DNA from: Vermamoeba vermiformis
Lineage: Eukaryota
Length of the DNA stretch: 64,000 bases
Assembly (NCBI GenBank): GCA_045837725.1
Contig: JBEWZL010000209.1
Span: 248,001 to 312,000, forward strand
Direction of reading: 5' to 3'
Part shown: piece by piece, positions 38,844 to 51,404 of the stretch
Layout: each line of letters begins with the position of its first letter
Numbering within the stretch: position 1 is the first letter of the stretch
Program-made: the position numbers and the translations under genes
The notes under the pieces: model-generated
The model's database searches: none
Seen by the model: only the letters and a program-made list of their open reading frames with translations
Told to the model about the DNA's origin: nothing

Positions 38844-39783
38844 TTTCCAAGTTGTGGTGTTGCGTTCAGTGCGCACGATGAAAATAAAACGAAATCAACC
38901 GAAAAAATTCTATACCACCGAAAAAAAATTTTCGGTCCGTTGTACGCCTGATTTTGCACGTGTGTCATTTTAGATTTTGTTCTTTCTTTCTAGTTAGCCG
39001 CTAGTAAGAGTACACTACATTCATCGTAATGCTTGACACCTAGAGCCAGGCTAACAGCATTTCCGAAGGCTCAGTTCCAAATTTTAAATTTAATCCGAAT
39101 CCAATTTTAGTCCTGGTGTAATGCTTGAAAATTAATACATGCTTTTTATCGCTTGTGGAACGACCAATCCCTTTCGGGACGTTTCTTAAATTTAATCGAC
39201 AAAAAAAAATTTGATCCCGAATCGAGAGGAGATCGTCAGAAATGCGCATTCAAGAGGCAGCACTCAGTTTCGGGCATATATATGTCAGTATAATAATATT
39301 TTCAGCAGTATTGTAATATCATCGTTTGATTTCGGTGCGTTGCCCAGACCCTGTGACTTGAACAGTTTGTGCCTGGTCGGCTACTCGATGCCATTGTCCT
39401 TCGTCTGGAACCCTCTTCCAAACGACGAGGACGTGTTCGTGTGCGCGAGTCCTGCGAGGGCCCAGAAACTTTTGACGATAATTAACGTAGGGTAGAGAAT
39501 CAACTAATTACATTTACTAACATCATATTAGATCAATACATGCTTGACATCTTGATGTCATTTACAGCAAACGCTCAGTTGACTAAAACAACAAATTGAC
39601 ACGCGTCATTTGGATCAAGTGTCAAAGTGACACTCGAGCACAGCTAACGGCGATTTAATTCTCAAGGTGATATGCAAATGTGAGCCTGGCTATCAGCCGT
39701 ACATTGTAAGACAAGAATGCAGACGTACACTATCTTTATTTTACTACTCTCGAAACAAATTAACGAATAGCACTGTCAATAAT

Positions 39784-40702
39784 TTACCAAAGCAAGGTAG
39801 CAGCAGCGGCAAGAGCAACAACAGAACCGACAGCAACGGAAACAGCGTCGGACCTTCGGACTGGAGTAGCGGCCTTAGGAGCGGCAACTGGAGCGGCCAT
39901 AGGAGCGGCAATAGGAGCAGCCATGGGAGTGGCCATGGGAGCAGTCATAGGAGCGGTCATTGGGGCTAAAAATAGAAATTAGTTTTTTGATAACTGGCAA
40001 CGGATTCGTACCTTGAGGAGTAGGGACGCAAGTAGTTTGAATACCGTTGTAAAAGGTACCCGCGATAGCGGTGGAGGTAGCGTTGGTGCAGACGTTGGGG
40101 AGAATTGAGGAGAAGATGTTGCAACCAAACCCGGGAACGCAACTTTCGAACGACATATCGCCATTGGTGCAGGAGATGGTGACGTTAATGGGGATGGTGA
40201 GGCCTGCGCCGTAGCCCACAACAATGGTAAGACCGGAAAGAGCTATGAATAATTGGTTAGGAGATTCGATCCGATCGACTTATTGTCTCAAACAATTTAC
40301 TTACTGCCAGCAACGTCATATAAATTATTTGCGAAATCGCAACCTTGAGCACTGGTTCCCTTAAATGATTGGAAGCCTGAGGGGATGGCAGTAGTGGGAT
40401 CACCAACACTGTTGGTGCACTCCGGCACCATGAACCAAGGACCGTCAACGGAGAGAGGAGAACAACTGGCACCAGCGACTTCTTCAGTAGAACGCTTACC
40501 AATACTGCAAGCCTGGTTACTCTGCAATGGGTAACGGATTAGATTTAGACCAACGAATCCACTTCTCGTATTTACTTACAGCGTAATAACCAATAGGAGT
40601 GCTGCAACTGCTATCACTGTAGGTAATAGTTGCAACAGCAGCTTCGGACACAGCGACGAAGGCAATGGCGATCAACGCAACGGCAAACAATTTAGCGAAC
40701 AT
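39784..40702 (-). CDS. Array gene B: paralog of A
   Basis: Same 4-exon structure, signal, KRSTEEV and 10 Cys; 8-unit stalk; same C-terminal hydrophobic tail. Confidence 0.85.
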
Positions 40703-41343
40703 TTTCCAAGTTGTGGTGTTACGTTCAGTGCGCACGATGAAAGTGAAATGAAATCAACCGAAAAAAAATATGCATACCCCCGAAAAAAAATTTCGCTCCG
40801 TTGTACCGTGCATCCATAAATAGAAAGTTTGTGGTGTGATTTTGCACGCGTGTCATTATTGTAGATTTTGTTCTTTCTTTCTCGTTAGCCGCTATTAGAG
40901 TATTCTAAATTCATCGCAATGTTTGACACCTAGAGCCAAGGCTAACAGCATTTCTGAAGGCTCAATTCCAAATTTTAAATTTAGTCCGATCCAATTTTAG
41001 TCCTGGTGTGTAATGCTTGAAAATTAATATACGTTTAGTACCACTTGTATAGACGATCAACTAATTACATGTATTAATATCGAGTTAGATCAATACATGC
41101 TTATCGATGATGTACAAGGTCTTTTATCGATCGGTCCACAACTATCGCTCGGTACGTAAAAAACACAAATGTGACACCTGTCAAAATATTTCCAACAAAG
41201 AATGTATATGCGTCAAAATTAATGTTTGCACGAATTGAGTGTCATTTTATTCCACAAATATCAAGTTGATTAAAAATCAAACCCAGATCGAATTTGTTTT
41301 TTACTACTCTCGAAACAAATTACCAAATATCACTGTCAATAAT

Positions 41344-42230
41344 TTACCAAAGCAAAGTAGCAGCAGCGGCAAGAGCAACAACAGAGCCGACAGCAACGGA
41401 AACAGCGTCGGACCTTCGGACAGGAGTAGCGGCCTTAGGAGCGGCAACTGGAGCTACAGCCATGGGAGCAGTCATTGGGGCTAAAAATAGAAATTAGTTT
41501 TTTTGATAACTGGCAACGGATTCGTACCTTGAGGAGGAGCCACACAAGTAGTTTGAATGCCGTTGTAAAAGAGACCTGCGACAGTGGTGGTAGCGTTGGT
41601 GCAGACGTTGGGGAGAATTGAGGAGAAGGCGGTGCAACCAACTGTGGGAGCGCAAGTTTCAAAAGACATATCGCCATTGGTGCAGGAGATGGTGACGTTA
41701 ACGGGAATGAAGCTTTGTGCTACGGCGGCGTAGACCAGAACGGGGGTAAGACCGGAAAGAGCTATGAATTAATTCGTTAGGAGATCGGATCGACTAATTG
41801 TCCTTAACAATTAACTTACTGCCAGTAACTTCATAAGTTGTGAAGTCGCAACCTTCAGCAGTGCTAACCTTCAATGATTGGAACTCAGAGGGGATGGCAG
41901 TATTAGGATCACCAACACTGTTGGTGCACTCCGAAGTCTTGACCCAAGGACCGTCAGCGGAGAGAGGAGTACAAGCAGGAACAGGGGTACCAGCGACCTC
42001 TTCAGTAGAACGCTTCTTGAGAGGAATAGGATTGCAAGCCTGGTTACTCTGCAATGGGTAACGGATTAGCTTTGGTACCAACGAATCTACTTCCCATATT
42101 TACTTACAGCGTAATAACCAACAGGTACCCCGCAATTGTTATCAGCGTAGGTAATAGTGGCAACAGTAGCTTCGGACACAGCGACGAAGGCAACAGCGAT
42201 CAACGCAACGGCAAACAATTTAGCGAACAT
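41344..42230 (-). CDS. Array gene C: paralog of A
   Basis: Same structure; KKRSTEEV; 10 Cys; short stalk APMTAPMAVAPVAAPKA. Confidence 0.85.
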
Positions 42231-43099
42231 TTTCCAAGTTGTGGTGTTACGTTCAGTGCGCACGATGAAAATGAAATGAAATCAACCCGAAAAAATTTTT
42301 TTCGCAGTTGTACGGTGGTGCGTCCAAAAATAGAAAGTTTGTGGTGTGATTTTGCACGCGTGTCATTATTTTAGATTTTGTTCTTTCTTTCTTGTTAGTA
42401 GCTAGTAAGAGTACACTAAATTCATCGTAATGCTTGACACCAAGAGCCAGGCTAACAGCATTTCTGAAGGCTCAGTTCCAATTATTAAATTTAATCCGAA
42501 TCCAATTTTAGTCTGGTGTGTAATGCTTGAAAATTAATATACGTGCTAATTACCGCTTGTATAGACGATCAATCCCTTTCGGGAGGGGAGACCGTGACAA
42601 AACTATGATAATTCGGCTCACTTCGCGAACAACTGCCTTACACGCCATTCATTTGTAAATTTTCTTGCAGCAAAATACTAACAATTATGGAGTTATTACA
42701 AGGCACCAATTGATCTATTTAGCTAAACTATCGACAATTTTTTTTTTTGATCAAATCCGAATCTGGTGGTAGATCGCGAGAAATGCGCAATTAAGTGGCA
42801 GTTTCGGGCATATATATGTAAGTATAATAATGTTTTCAGTATCATTGTAATATTATCGTTCAACTTCGGTGCGACGCTTTGTTCGCGCCCAGAACAAATT
42901 TTTTGATGATAATTAACGTGTGATAGACGATCAACTCATTACATTTATTAACATCATATTAGATCAATACATGCTTGACATCTTGGTGTCATTTTATTCC
43001 ACAAACATCAAGTTGATTCAACACCAAATTGACACGTGTCATTTGGATCAAGTGTCAAAGTGACACTCGAGTACAGCTAATGGCGATTTAATTCTCAAG

Positions 43100-43492
43100 G
43101 TGATGTGCCCACAGAAGATGTACAGATGACACAACTTGGCAACTCCAGCGACATAGTCATGGTGGCATTCAATGCCGACAAGACACAAGTACTCATGCGT
43201 CAGTTGTCTCTGTGCGGCAACGGAATAATTGACATGAACGAGCAATGCGATGGATCTGATGACTGCACCAATCAATGCACATGCGTGTATGGAATGGAAT
43301 TTCGCAATGGCAAGTGTGTCGATGGTACGAAAAAAAAACCTTTCAAGGTCCGCTAATCTTTGCGTTAGTGTGCGGCAACGGAATAATTACCATCAACGAA
43401 GACTGTGATGGCGGGACTGGTTGCAATATGACCACGTGCAAATGTGAGCCTGGCTATCAGCCGTACTTTGTGTCAGACAAGAATGCAGACGT
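43100..43492 (+). pseudogene. Duplicated internal fragment (two exons plus intron) of the 34800-37646 surface-protein gene
   Basis: Near-identical to about 36228-36628 (PTEDVQMTQLGNSSDIV...CGNGIIDMNEQCDG...CKCEPGYQPY). No start or signal exon; fused to the 3' flank of array gene D. Confidence 0.8.
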
Positions 43493-43549
43493 ATACTATC
43501 TTTATTTTACTACTCTCGAAACAAATTAACGAATATCACTGTCAATAAT

Positions 43550-44434
43550 TTACCAAAGCAAAGTTGCAGCAGCGGCAAGAGCAACAACAGAACCGACAGC
43601 AACGGAAACAGCGTCGGACCTTCGGACAGGAGTAGCGGCCTTAGGAGCGGCAACTGGAGCAGTCATAGGAGTGGCCATTGGGGCTAAAAATAGAAATTAG
43701 TTTTCATGATAACCAGCAAAAAAATCTGGCGAGCTGGCACCGGATTCGTACCTTGAGGAGTCGCGCCACAAGAAGTTTGAATGCCGTTGAAAAAGGCACC
43801 CATGTTAGGGGAGGTAGCGTTGGTGCAGACGTTGGGGAGAACAGAGGAGAAGGTAGTGCAAGCCAACCTGGGAAAGCAACTTTCGAACGACATAACGCTA
43901 TTGATGCAGGAGATGGTGACGTTAATGAGGAATGCAGAGTTGAGCACAACAGGGTTAAGACCGGAAAGAGCTGTGAATAATTGGTTAGGAGATTCGATCC
44001 GAACGACTTATTGTCCCAAACAATTTACTTACTGCCAATAACTTCATAATCTGTGAAGTTGCAACCTTCAGTGCTACTAATCTTCAATGATTGGAAGCCT
44101 GAGGGGATGGCAGTAGTGGGATCACCAACACTGTTGGCGCACTCCACCTCCTGGTACCAAGGACCGTCAGCGGAGACAGCAGTACAAACAGGAGCAGTGG
44201 TACCAACGACCTCTTCAGTAGAACGCTTGACAACATTGCAAGGCTGGTTATTCTGCAATAGGTAACGGATTAGATTTGGTACCAACGAATCTACTTCGCA
44301 GATTTACTTACAAAGTAATAGCCTACAGCAGTGTTGCAATTGCTATCACTGTAGGTAATAACGGCAACAGCAGCTTCGGACACAGCGACGAAGGCAACGG
44401 CGATCAACGCAACGGCAAACAATTTAGCGAACAT
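43550..44434 (-). CDS. Array gene D: paralog of A
   Basis: Same structure; KRSTEEV; 10 Cys; short stalk APMATPMTAPVAAPKA. Confidence 0.85.
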
Positions 44435-45031
44435 TTTCCAAGTTGTGGTGTTACGTTCAGCAGTAAGATGAAAATAAAACGAAATCAACCGAAAAAAAAG
44501 CAGCAGTTGGCCATAAATTAAACTAGAATTGTGGCAAAGTTTAAGGCGAGATTACTTTGTGATTAACCAGCAAAAACGCTTTGCCAAAGCATTTCTCATA
44601 ATACGTATTATTATAAAACGAATTGTATCTGACTAGGGTCGTGGTTAAATAATTTTGCCGCCTGATTTGACCCAAAAAAATTTAGCGCCGAACGGACGTT
44701 CAACAGCTGGGTTAACCAGGACAACGATCGCAGCAGTGCCTGTTGAAGATAAGCTAGGGATAGCGTTATACGGCATTACTACGGCCCATTTCCCGACTTG
44801 TTGCTAAAACGTATTTTGAATAATTCGTTTATGTACCTTATTTACAGCGATCTGTTATGGATTGCATCGGGTAATCACTCTGGCTTAATACTGAAGGAGC
44901 CACTTGTCTGTACAGCCATATAATACTCTGATCAGGGAGGGGACACGACTGCTCGTAACGGATAAAAGGTACATCCGGCCGCCGGATATTGCTCCATAGC
45001 GCTACGTTTCAATATTCTTATCAGCTAGCAA

Positions 45032-48000
45032 TTACCTTCGCAATTTTTGTTTCTAAGGAAGGAATTAGTAAGAATGAATCGCTTTTAAGTACGACGAGAA
45101 GGTAAGGTTACCTTATTGGATGTGAACGAAGTCGAATCTCGTTTTCTCTTTTTCGACGACGATGACTGGCCAGGAGGAGCTCTTTTTCTAGTAGGAGTGG
45201 CGAGTACGGGTACTGGTCTATTTCTGGTCGGTGGTGGTGGTTTGGTATGTCGATCTCCTCGGTTGTTTGGCCGTTTCGTTGACGAGCTTTCCTTCTTAGT
45301 TTCTTTTTTGTTTTTGTTCGTAGCTGGCTTAGCAACTGCTTTCTTCTTAGGTACAGGCCGCGCTACTGGCTTTTTAACCTTTTCTTTGGCAGATTCGGAA
45401 GACGAACTTGACTCCGATCGGCTCTCTTCCGCAGAGCTTTCTTCACTTTCCTCGTTGCTCCTGTTACTATTACTCGACTCACTCGCGCCGCTCTCTTCTG
45501 CGCTCGAGTTCTCTTCGTTGCTCGATTCTGACGACGCGTCGCTCTGTTCTTCAGAGCCCGAATCCTCCTCAACACTCGACTCCTCTTTCTCGCTCTCATC
45601 TTCTAAAAATGCATATTAATACTTAATATGCGGCGTTTATTAATATACTCTATATCCTACTAACCTTGTTCAGAGGATTCACTTTCTTGTTCGCTTTCGC
45701 TGTCTTCAGACGAGCTTTGTGACTTGATTTCAATGACGGACTGCCTCTTCTTGTCACTATTCGTCTTTGTGGGAGACTTAGTAGGCTTGCTCGTGCCATT
45801 AGGCACGTTCTTCCTTGTGGCCGGCGACGACTTCTTGTGGACCGGAGACCTACCGTTAGCCTCCTGTTTCTTCGAGGACGGTGCAAGTCGGCCATTGACA
45901 GTCTTCGTGACAGGTGTTACAGCCTTATTATGCGCGTGTCCGTTGATCTTTTTCTTCGGACTTGGTTTCGGTGCAGGTTTAGGCGACGGCTTGTTCGTTT
46001 CTTCAATACTCATTTCATCGTCGCTAGTAGTGCCGGGCTCCTTCTTGACCTTCACGAACACGTGCTTCTTGGCAGGTGCTGGTGCCGGCTGTTGTTTCTT
46101 TGGAGACTTCTTTGAGTCCTTGCCAGTCTGCTCTTTGACAAGGAACTCGTAGATGTCTTGGTAATGAGTAATCAGACTTTTCTTTGCTTGCTCACGCTTT
46201 CGAGACAAATCGATGAGCAGACGTGTTCGCTCCAAGCTCTGTCTGATCTTTTTCAACTGCTTGTACTTCTCTTCATCGACAACCTGACAACACAGAATGA
46301 GCTACACTCGCGATAAGCACGTGCTACTTACCAGTTTGGTGGATCTCTTTCGAGCTTCCTTTTCTTCTTTAACTACCTCTTGCAGTCGAGTAATAAGGGG
46401 CTTGCCGATGAATATGCGCCTAGAGATCCAATTTCGATAACAAACCTCCAGTGTCTCTTTGTCAACATTGATTTTACGTGCAGATGAGCTGCCAAGACGC
46501 GCGATCTCGTCTATTTCTTCTTGCTTGAACTCTTTATGTACAAAGAGATGCTTCTTGTTTTTAGTCAACATACGAGTATTCTAATAATACAAGTTAGAAG
46601 ATCCAAAAAATGAAGTTCAAGTTACGTACGATCGAGTGCTTTATGCAATAAGCCTCCAGCACTGGCGCGAGTTCACCGTGATTCTTGCTCTTTGTTTTGT
46701 GTCTTGCCGTTATCTCTTCATTATAGTGCACGTCCAAGCCTCGCTTCAGCGCACAAGTAACGTGGAAATAATGCTCGCAATCTTCGTCTAAACACTTGAT
46801 ACAAGCACCTTTTCGAATGTCGCAGAGGTAACAGACCTATTCATAATAAAGTCAGACTTCGCCTGTTTATTGTCCTCGAGACCCTTCATATTAAACGCAA
46901 GGAAAGGAATTTTTAAAAATTTAAGAAGAAAAGCTGCAGGCGTGCGCATCCACTTACCGCAGTACGACTTCCAGGAGGCAACTTTTCGAAACTTTTAACG
47001 GCGTACCCGTTAGGAAGTACTTGAATAGGAATTTCATTGAAGGAAAAGGCGCAGGCAAGGTGCACCCAGAGTTCTCCCTTTTTTGGATAAAAAAGGCCAT
47101 CCGTGACTGGACAGAGCTCACAAGACTGAATCAACAAATTAGTAAGCTTGACGATACGACGAAAGTTGTAGAGAGCCACTTACGAGTTTTTTCTTTTCTT
47201 GGCTGCATCTCTCGCACTTCCAGTTCTCCTTTGAGACCTTCTTGAGCCCGCAACACTATAATAATTAGTCAGTAAATTGTCCATCATCGTAATCAGGTAG
47301 TTAGTACCTTTTGATGAGCAGCAACGCGGCATCCTTGGCAAACCAAAATTGGATTGTCGCTGCTTGTCTTGCTACTTGCACAAATGGCGCAAGGTACCTC
47401 ATTCGGGTCCAGGTTTATCGATGGGTTGTCGTCAATGAAAAACAATTTTTTCTGCAACGAATGCGTTAGATCGTCAAGGTTTGATGTAGAAATAATAGGC
47501 GAGCTCCAATAGCAAGAAAAGAGGTGAAAACTGATTTGATGACTATTGATAGCACAGCATACATATTATGAATAGTAAGATCGCCTACAGAAGCGCCATC
47601 CACAAGTGGTCGTGTGGATTTCGTGCAACTTACCTTGTAGTAGACTTCCTTCTCAAAGAAATCGATTATATTCTCGAACTTATCAAAGTTCAAACTTGAG
47701 GTGTCCTTTTTCTTTGCCGGCCTATCGTTCAAAGCTTCGATAAACTCGTCATCTTCGTCATCTATCTCGTACTCTGTGGATTTCGCTACTTCAGAGGCTG
47801 GTTTCTCTGGAAATAAAATATTAACCATATATAATCGCTTATATGGAGTATTCTCGCATTAAAGTACCTTTATACTCGATGTAGTTCTTTGGGCGGGTGA
47901 AAGGCTTTAGTTTCTTGCTGACACCATCGTCTTTGAGTACTGTTATGCGGGGAATAGGAACTGCCGCATTCTATAAAGGAGGATCAGCGAGTTTGAATAA

Positions 48001-48275
48001 TGATAACGGTAACAAAGGAAAAACGGTAAATCTGATTTGCGCTCCAAAAAATAATAATATTTATTCGAGCTTACTTTAACCGGTTCTGGTTCGTCGCTAT
48101 ATTGTACAGTTGTTAAATCACTGAAAAAAATAGCATTTTTCTCCTCCTCTACTTCTTCAAGGGTATGAAAAAGAATCTCCAACTTTTGGTTGATGTCGAT
48201 GGGGCGCGGACGCAATTTATGTTCAGCTTGGCGCTTTTGCTCATCCTCATCCACTGAATAAATATTATTACTCAT
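45032..48275 (-). CDS. Enhancer-of-polycomb-like (EPL1) domain + PHD + extended PHD protein (BRPF/JADE/Nto1-type HAT scaffold) with a low-complexity C-terminus
   Basis: LRPRPIDINQKL and EYEIDDEDDEFI (EPL1). CAIC...NPILVCQGCRVAAHQK (PHD). CELCPVTDG...WVHLAC, CYLCDIRKGACIKC...CEHYFHVTCA (ePHD). IRQSLERTRLLIDLSRKREQAK (EPC-II-like helix). Confidence 0.85.
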
Positions 48276-48815
48276 CGCCAATACGCATTTCTTGAAGAAA
48301 TTCTATGCTGAAATCTGAGTTCCCTTTCAAATCTAAGTCTGAGTTGCTTTAAACTCTCATTACGCTGTAGATTTGCTTGCTATTGTATTCTATAAAGCTG
48401 GGTTCGCTATAATTCGCTCCAAAAACGCTGTTGGGTTGCCGTTGAATTGTTATTTCTCTTTGCAATCCTTTTTCTTTTTCGGCCTCAAACAAGGATACGG
48501 ACCGTTTTCTAAATATCGTATTAGCATAGGTTCGCTATTATACTTAGGTACAAGTGAATGTACGTCGAACGGAAGCTCATAACTCGCGTCCAGATTTTTT
48601 CTTTCAATTAAAATATTATTAAATTTGAGGCTGATCCGCGATAAAACTTATTACGTCTTTTTAACGTCTTTTAAATTAAAGCTATTTTTCATAAACTAAT
48701 AATTACTCTTTCTACCCACCGATTACCGCATCTGACGCGGTCACGTGCTTGCTGCAAAAATGGCTCCAAAAGTGTTTAAGGCTTCATATATGGCGGAACA
48801 ATACGAGCTTCGCCA

Positions 48816-51097
48816 TTAATTCAGTTCTTCGATCAAAATCTTCTTCTTGATCTGCGTGCCTTCCAAGGTTGGTCTCGGATTTGCTTCGGTCTGCATCGTC
48901 ATTGAAAGCTGAGTTGATTCTTGAGCGGTTGGAGGCTTCGGCGCAGATGGTTTCTTTGTATTTTCAAGCTCTTTTAAGTACTCTAATTGCTTCTGCCACT
49001 CGGTAAAGATCTCCAATCTGACCAGTCCAAAACTTTGTTCCTCGTTCTCGTTCGCCCAGCATATGAAGAAGTATATCTTTTTGGCAGCAAGTACGACTTT
49101 AGAAGGCTTTTTGGTTTTAGACGCACTAGTCTCTACAAATAACAAGGTTAAAAGGTGATCTGCACACGTGCCATCGATCCAAAAAAATAATGTGGTATTT
49201 AACGATAGAAACCGGGATCTTCTCATATATGAATATAAGATCCTTTCTCATATATCGCTGTAATTAATGTTACAAATTTCAAGAGCGGAAGGGTCATTAA
49301 AGAGCGATCAGACGAATCCAACCGATCTCGTTACACTCCCTGCTGGAGAATTTGTTATGCGCTCCACCAGCACTTCCACTTCGGCAGTGCGCTAGAGGCA
49401 GATTGTAGAAAATAAAAACTTCAATTACATAAGTATTGTTGTTGGGTTTAGGTTGGATCCACGAGGAGGGCAAAATTTAATGTGGGTCCATTACTGAAGA
49501 GGTTTGGTACTTACTTTTTGCTTCTGTATCGAACAGTCGATACAAATCGGAGAGAGCGGCTAATATAAACTTCTTGGCTTTGAATAGCTCGTTTACGTCT
49601 TCGAGTACGGAGATCGAGAATCCACGACTGTTTTTGACATGAGGCTATTAATAAAGTTAGTTAATGATATGCAAAAAGCAAATAAATAGTGGACATACCT
49701 TTAAAGAGTTCTCTAATGACTTGTGTAGTGCTTCTGTTCCATTTTGATAGATCTTGTTCTCGCTGAGGACGGAGGACAAATCGAATATCAAATTCACAGC
49801 ATCAATACCTGCATCATGATATTCACCATTGAATATACGCGCAGTGTATGCGTAGGCATATCTACAAGTACAGTTAGCATACGGATTCATGGTTATCGTA
49901 ACAAGTGCTGTGAAAGTACGGATGCGCGCAGGTCGAAAAATTGATTGTTTTGCTTGCGTCGCCGGCAATGGGCTTAACTCAGTACTTACAGCACTTCAAT
50001 GATGTTGTACATCACGAGAGGCGACGGTGGTGCAGAGGTCAGACTAGATAACGGCTTGACATCGTCGAGCACTAACGGTACTTGACTCGGTGGTGGAGCT
50101 AACTCTTGTTCTTCCTCGTCGCTGCTTGCCTCATCCTCATCGTCCTCGTCTTTAGCCTTAGTCGGGGTAGGCTCTAAGGGAGTAATGGTAGGCTAGAGAA
50201 GTATTAGAAACGCAAGTCTAGTGCACGTCGTTCGCGACAAAATGTACGTACTGCATCGTGAGGCAAGTACCACCATGGCTTCCACATTGCAATCAAATCA
50301 CTAAGACGACCTTCTTGCATCGCTTTTTTGAACTCTTCTTGGTACTCGCGAGGCAACTTACTGAAAAGATCGGGATCATCGAGATCAAGGTTCATTAGCG
50401 CGTCCGTTAGGTCATCTGCATCAAAATCATCTGAAATATTCTTAGTATATATTTTGATGTCTCTTATTGAATCAACTTACTGTAGTCCGATTCGTGGATT
50501 CGTTTGAGCGCTTTCATAACCTTTTTCTTTTCTTCTTCCGTTGACTGTTGATTTTGCATCGCTTGCATAACATTATCTCGATAAAATCCTTCAGTACATT
50601 GTGTGTTGTGTTTCTGTTCATGGTTTTAATCGATTAGACCCGTATTATTTTGAGTTTCTTCTGCTGCAACATTAAATCTGGGCAAGAATGATTCGATTTA
50701 CAAGTTTCAAGACAAATACTATTAAAAAGCACATACCTTGTAGCATTCAGAGCAACAGTAGGGTTTGTAACAGCGAGGGCACACGTACTTCGTTGCTTCT
50801 TTACCGCATCTGAATAATTTTGATAAAATATTATTATTGATGAACAGCAGTGTTTTTAATCGCCCAAAAAATAGAATATGCTAGAATATGACATAAAGGA
50901 TATTGTAAAATTATAGAGGTAATTATTAGGCCATATTGAACGGATCCCAATTTACAGTAAAAAAAGGTCAATTTTTCGCTGTCTATTTCCTCAATGAATA
51001 CTTACATTGTGCATAATTTTGGTGTTGTATCGACACCAGGATTATTATTCTCTCGTAATTTAATCTCTGGCAATGTTTCTTGGTTTGTGTGTGCCAT
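48816..51097 (-). CDS. ZNHIT2: Zinc finger HIT domain-containing protein 2-like
   Basis: CTI|CGKEATKYVCPRCYKPYCCSECY|KHNTQCTEGFYRDNV; WKPWW; YAYAYTARIFNGE; AAKKIYFFICWANE. Confidence 0.85.
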
Positions 51098-51404
51098 GTC
51101 TGTTGCGCAAAAAAAATGATGCAAAATAAATTCGTTGGCGGCTTGTGCCCTCGTGGCGAAATCACAAAAGAAGTTGGATATGGGTTTGAAATGGCATTAC
51201 AGGAGTAGTGTACACTTGCGCTGCACTCAAGAAGTCTCAGGAAAATAGAATAATTTTTTGATGTTCGTCGGAATTCTCAAACGTTAATTGAACCGATTAA
51301 AATACCACAAGTAAGCACAAAATAAACGATTTTTTATATATGAGTCTATGAGGTTATATTCACATCGAGTATACAGCGCAGTACATCGTTAATGACGAAC
51401 GAGC

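Larger units (their letters stand above)
37880..44500. repeat. Tandem segmental repeat, four units (start-to-start spacing 1859, 1528 and 2204 bp)
   Basis: Near-identical signal exons, introns, upstream flanks (e.g. gattttgcacg[t/c]gtgtca...gacacc[t/a]agagcca at about 38950, 40840 and 42350) and 3' flanks. Confidence 0.9.

Noticed and set aside
37880-44500. Repeat-spacer-like organisation suggesting CRISPR or a transposon array
   Set aside because: The units are 1.5-2.2 kb intron-containing genes. There are no short direct repeats with unique spacers, cas genes, transposase or terminal inverted repeats.
49225-49300. ATGA...AAA...GA pattern in a ZNHIT2 intron resembling a SECIS
   Set aside because: Helix II does not pair next to the core, it is intronic, and ZNHIT2 has no in-frame TGA.
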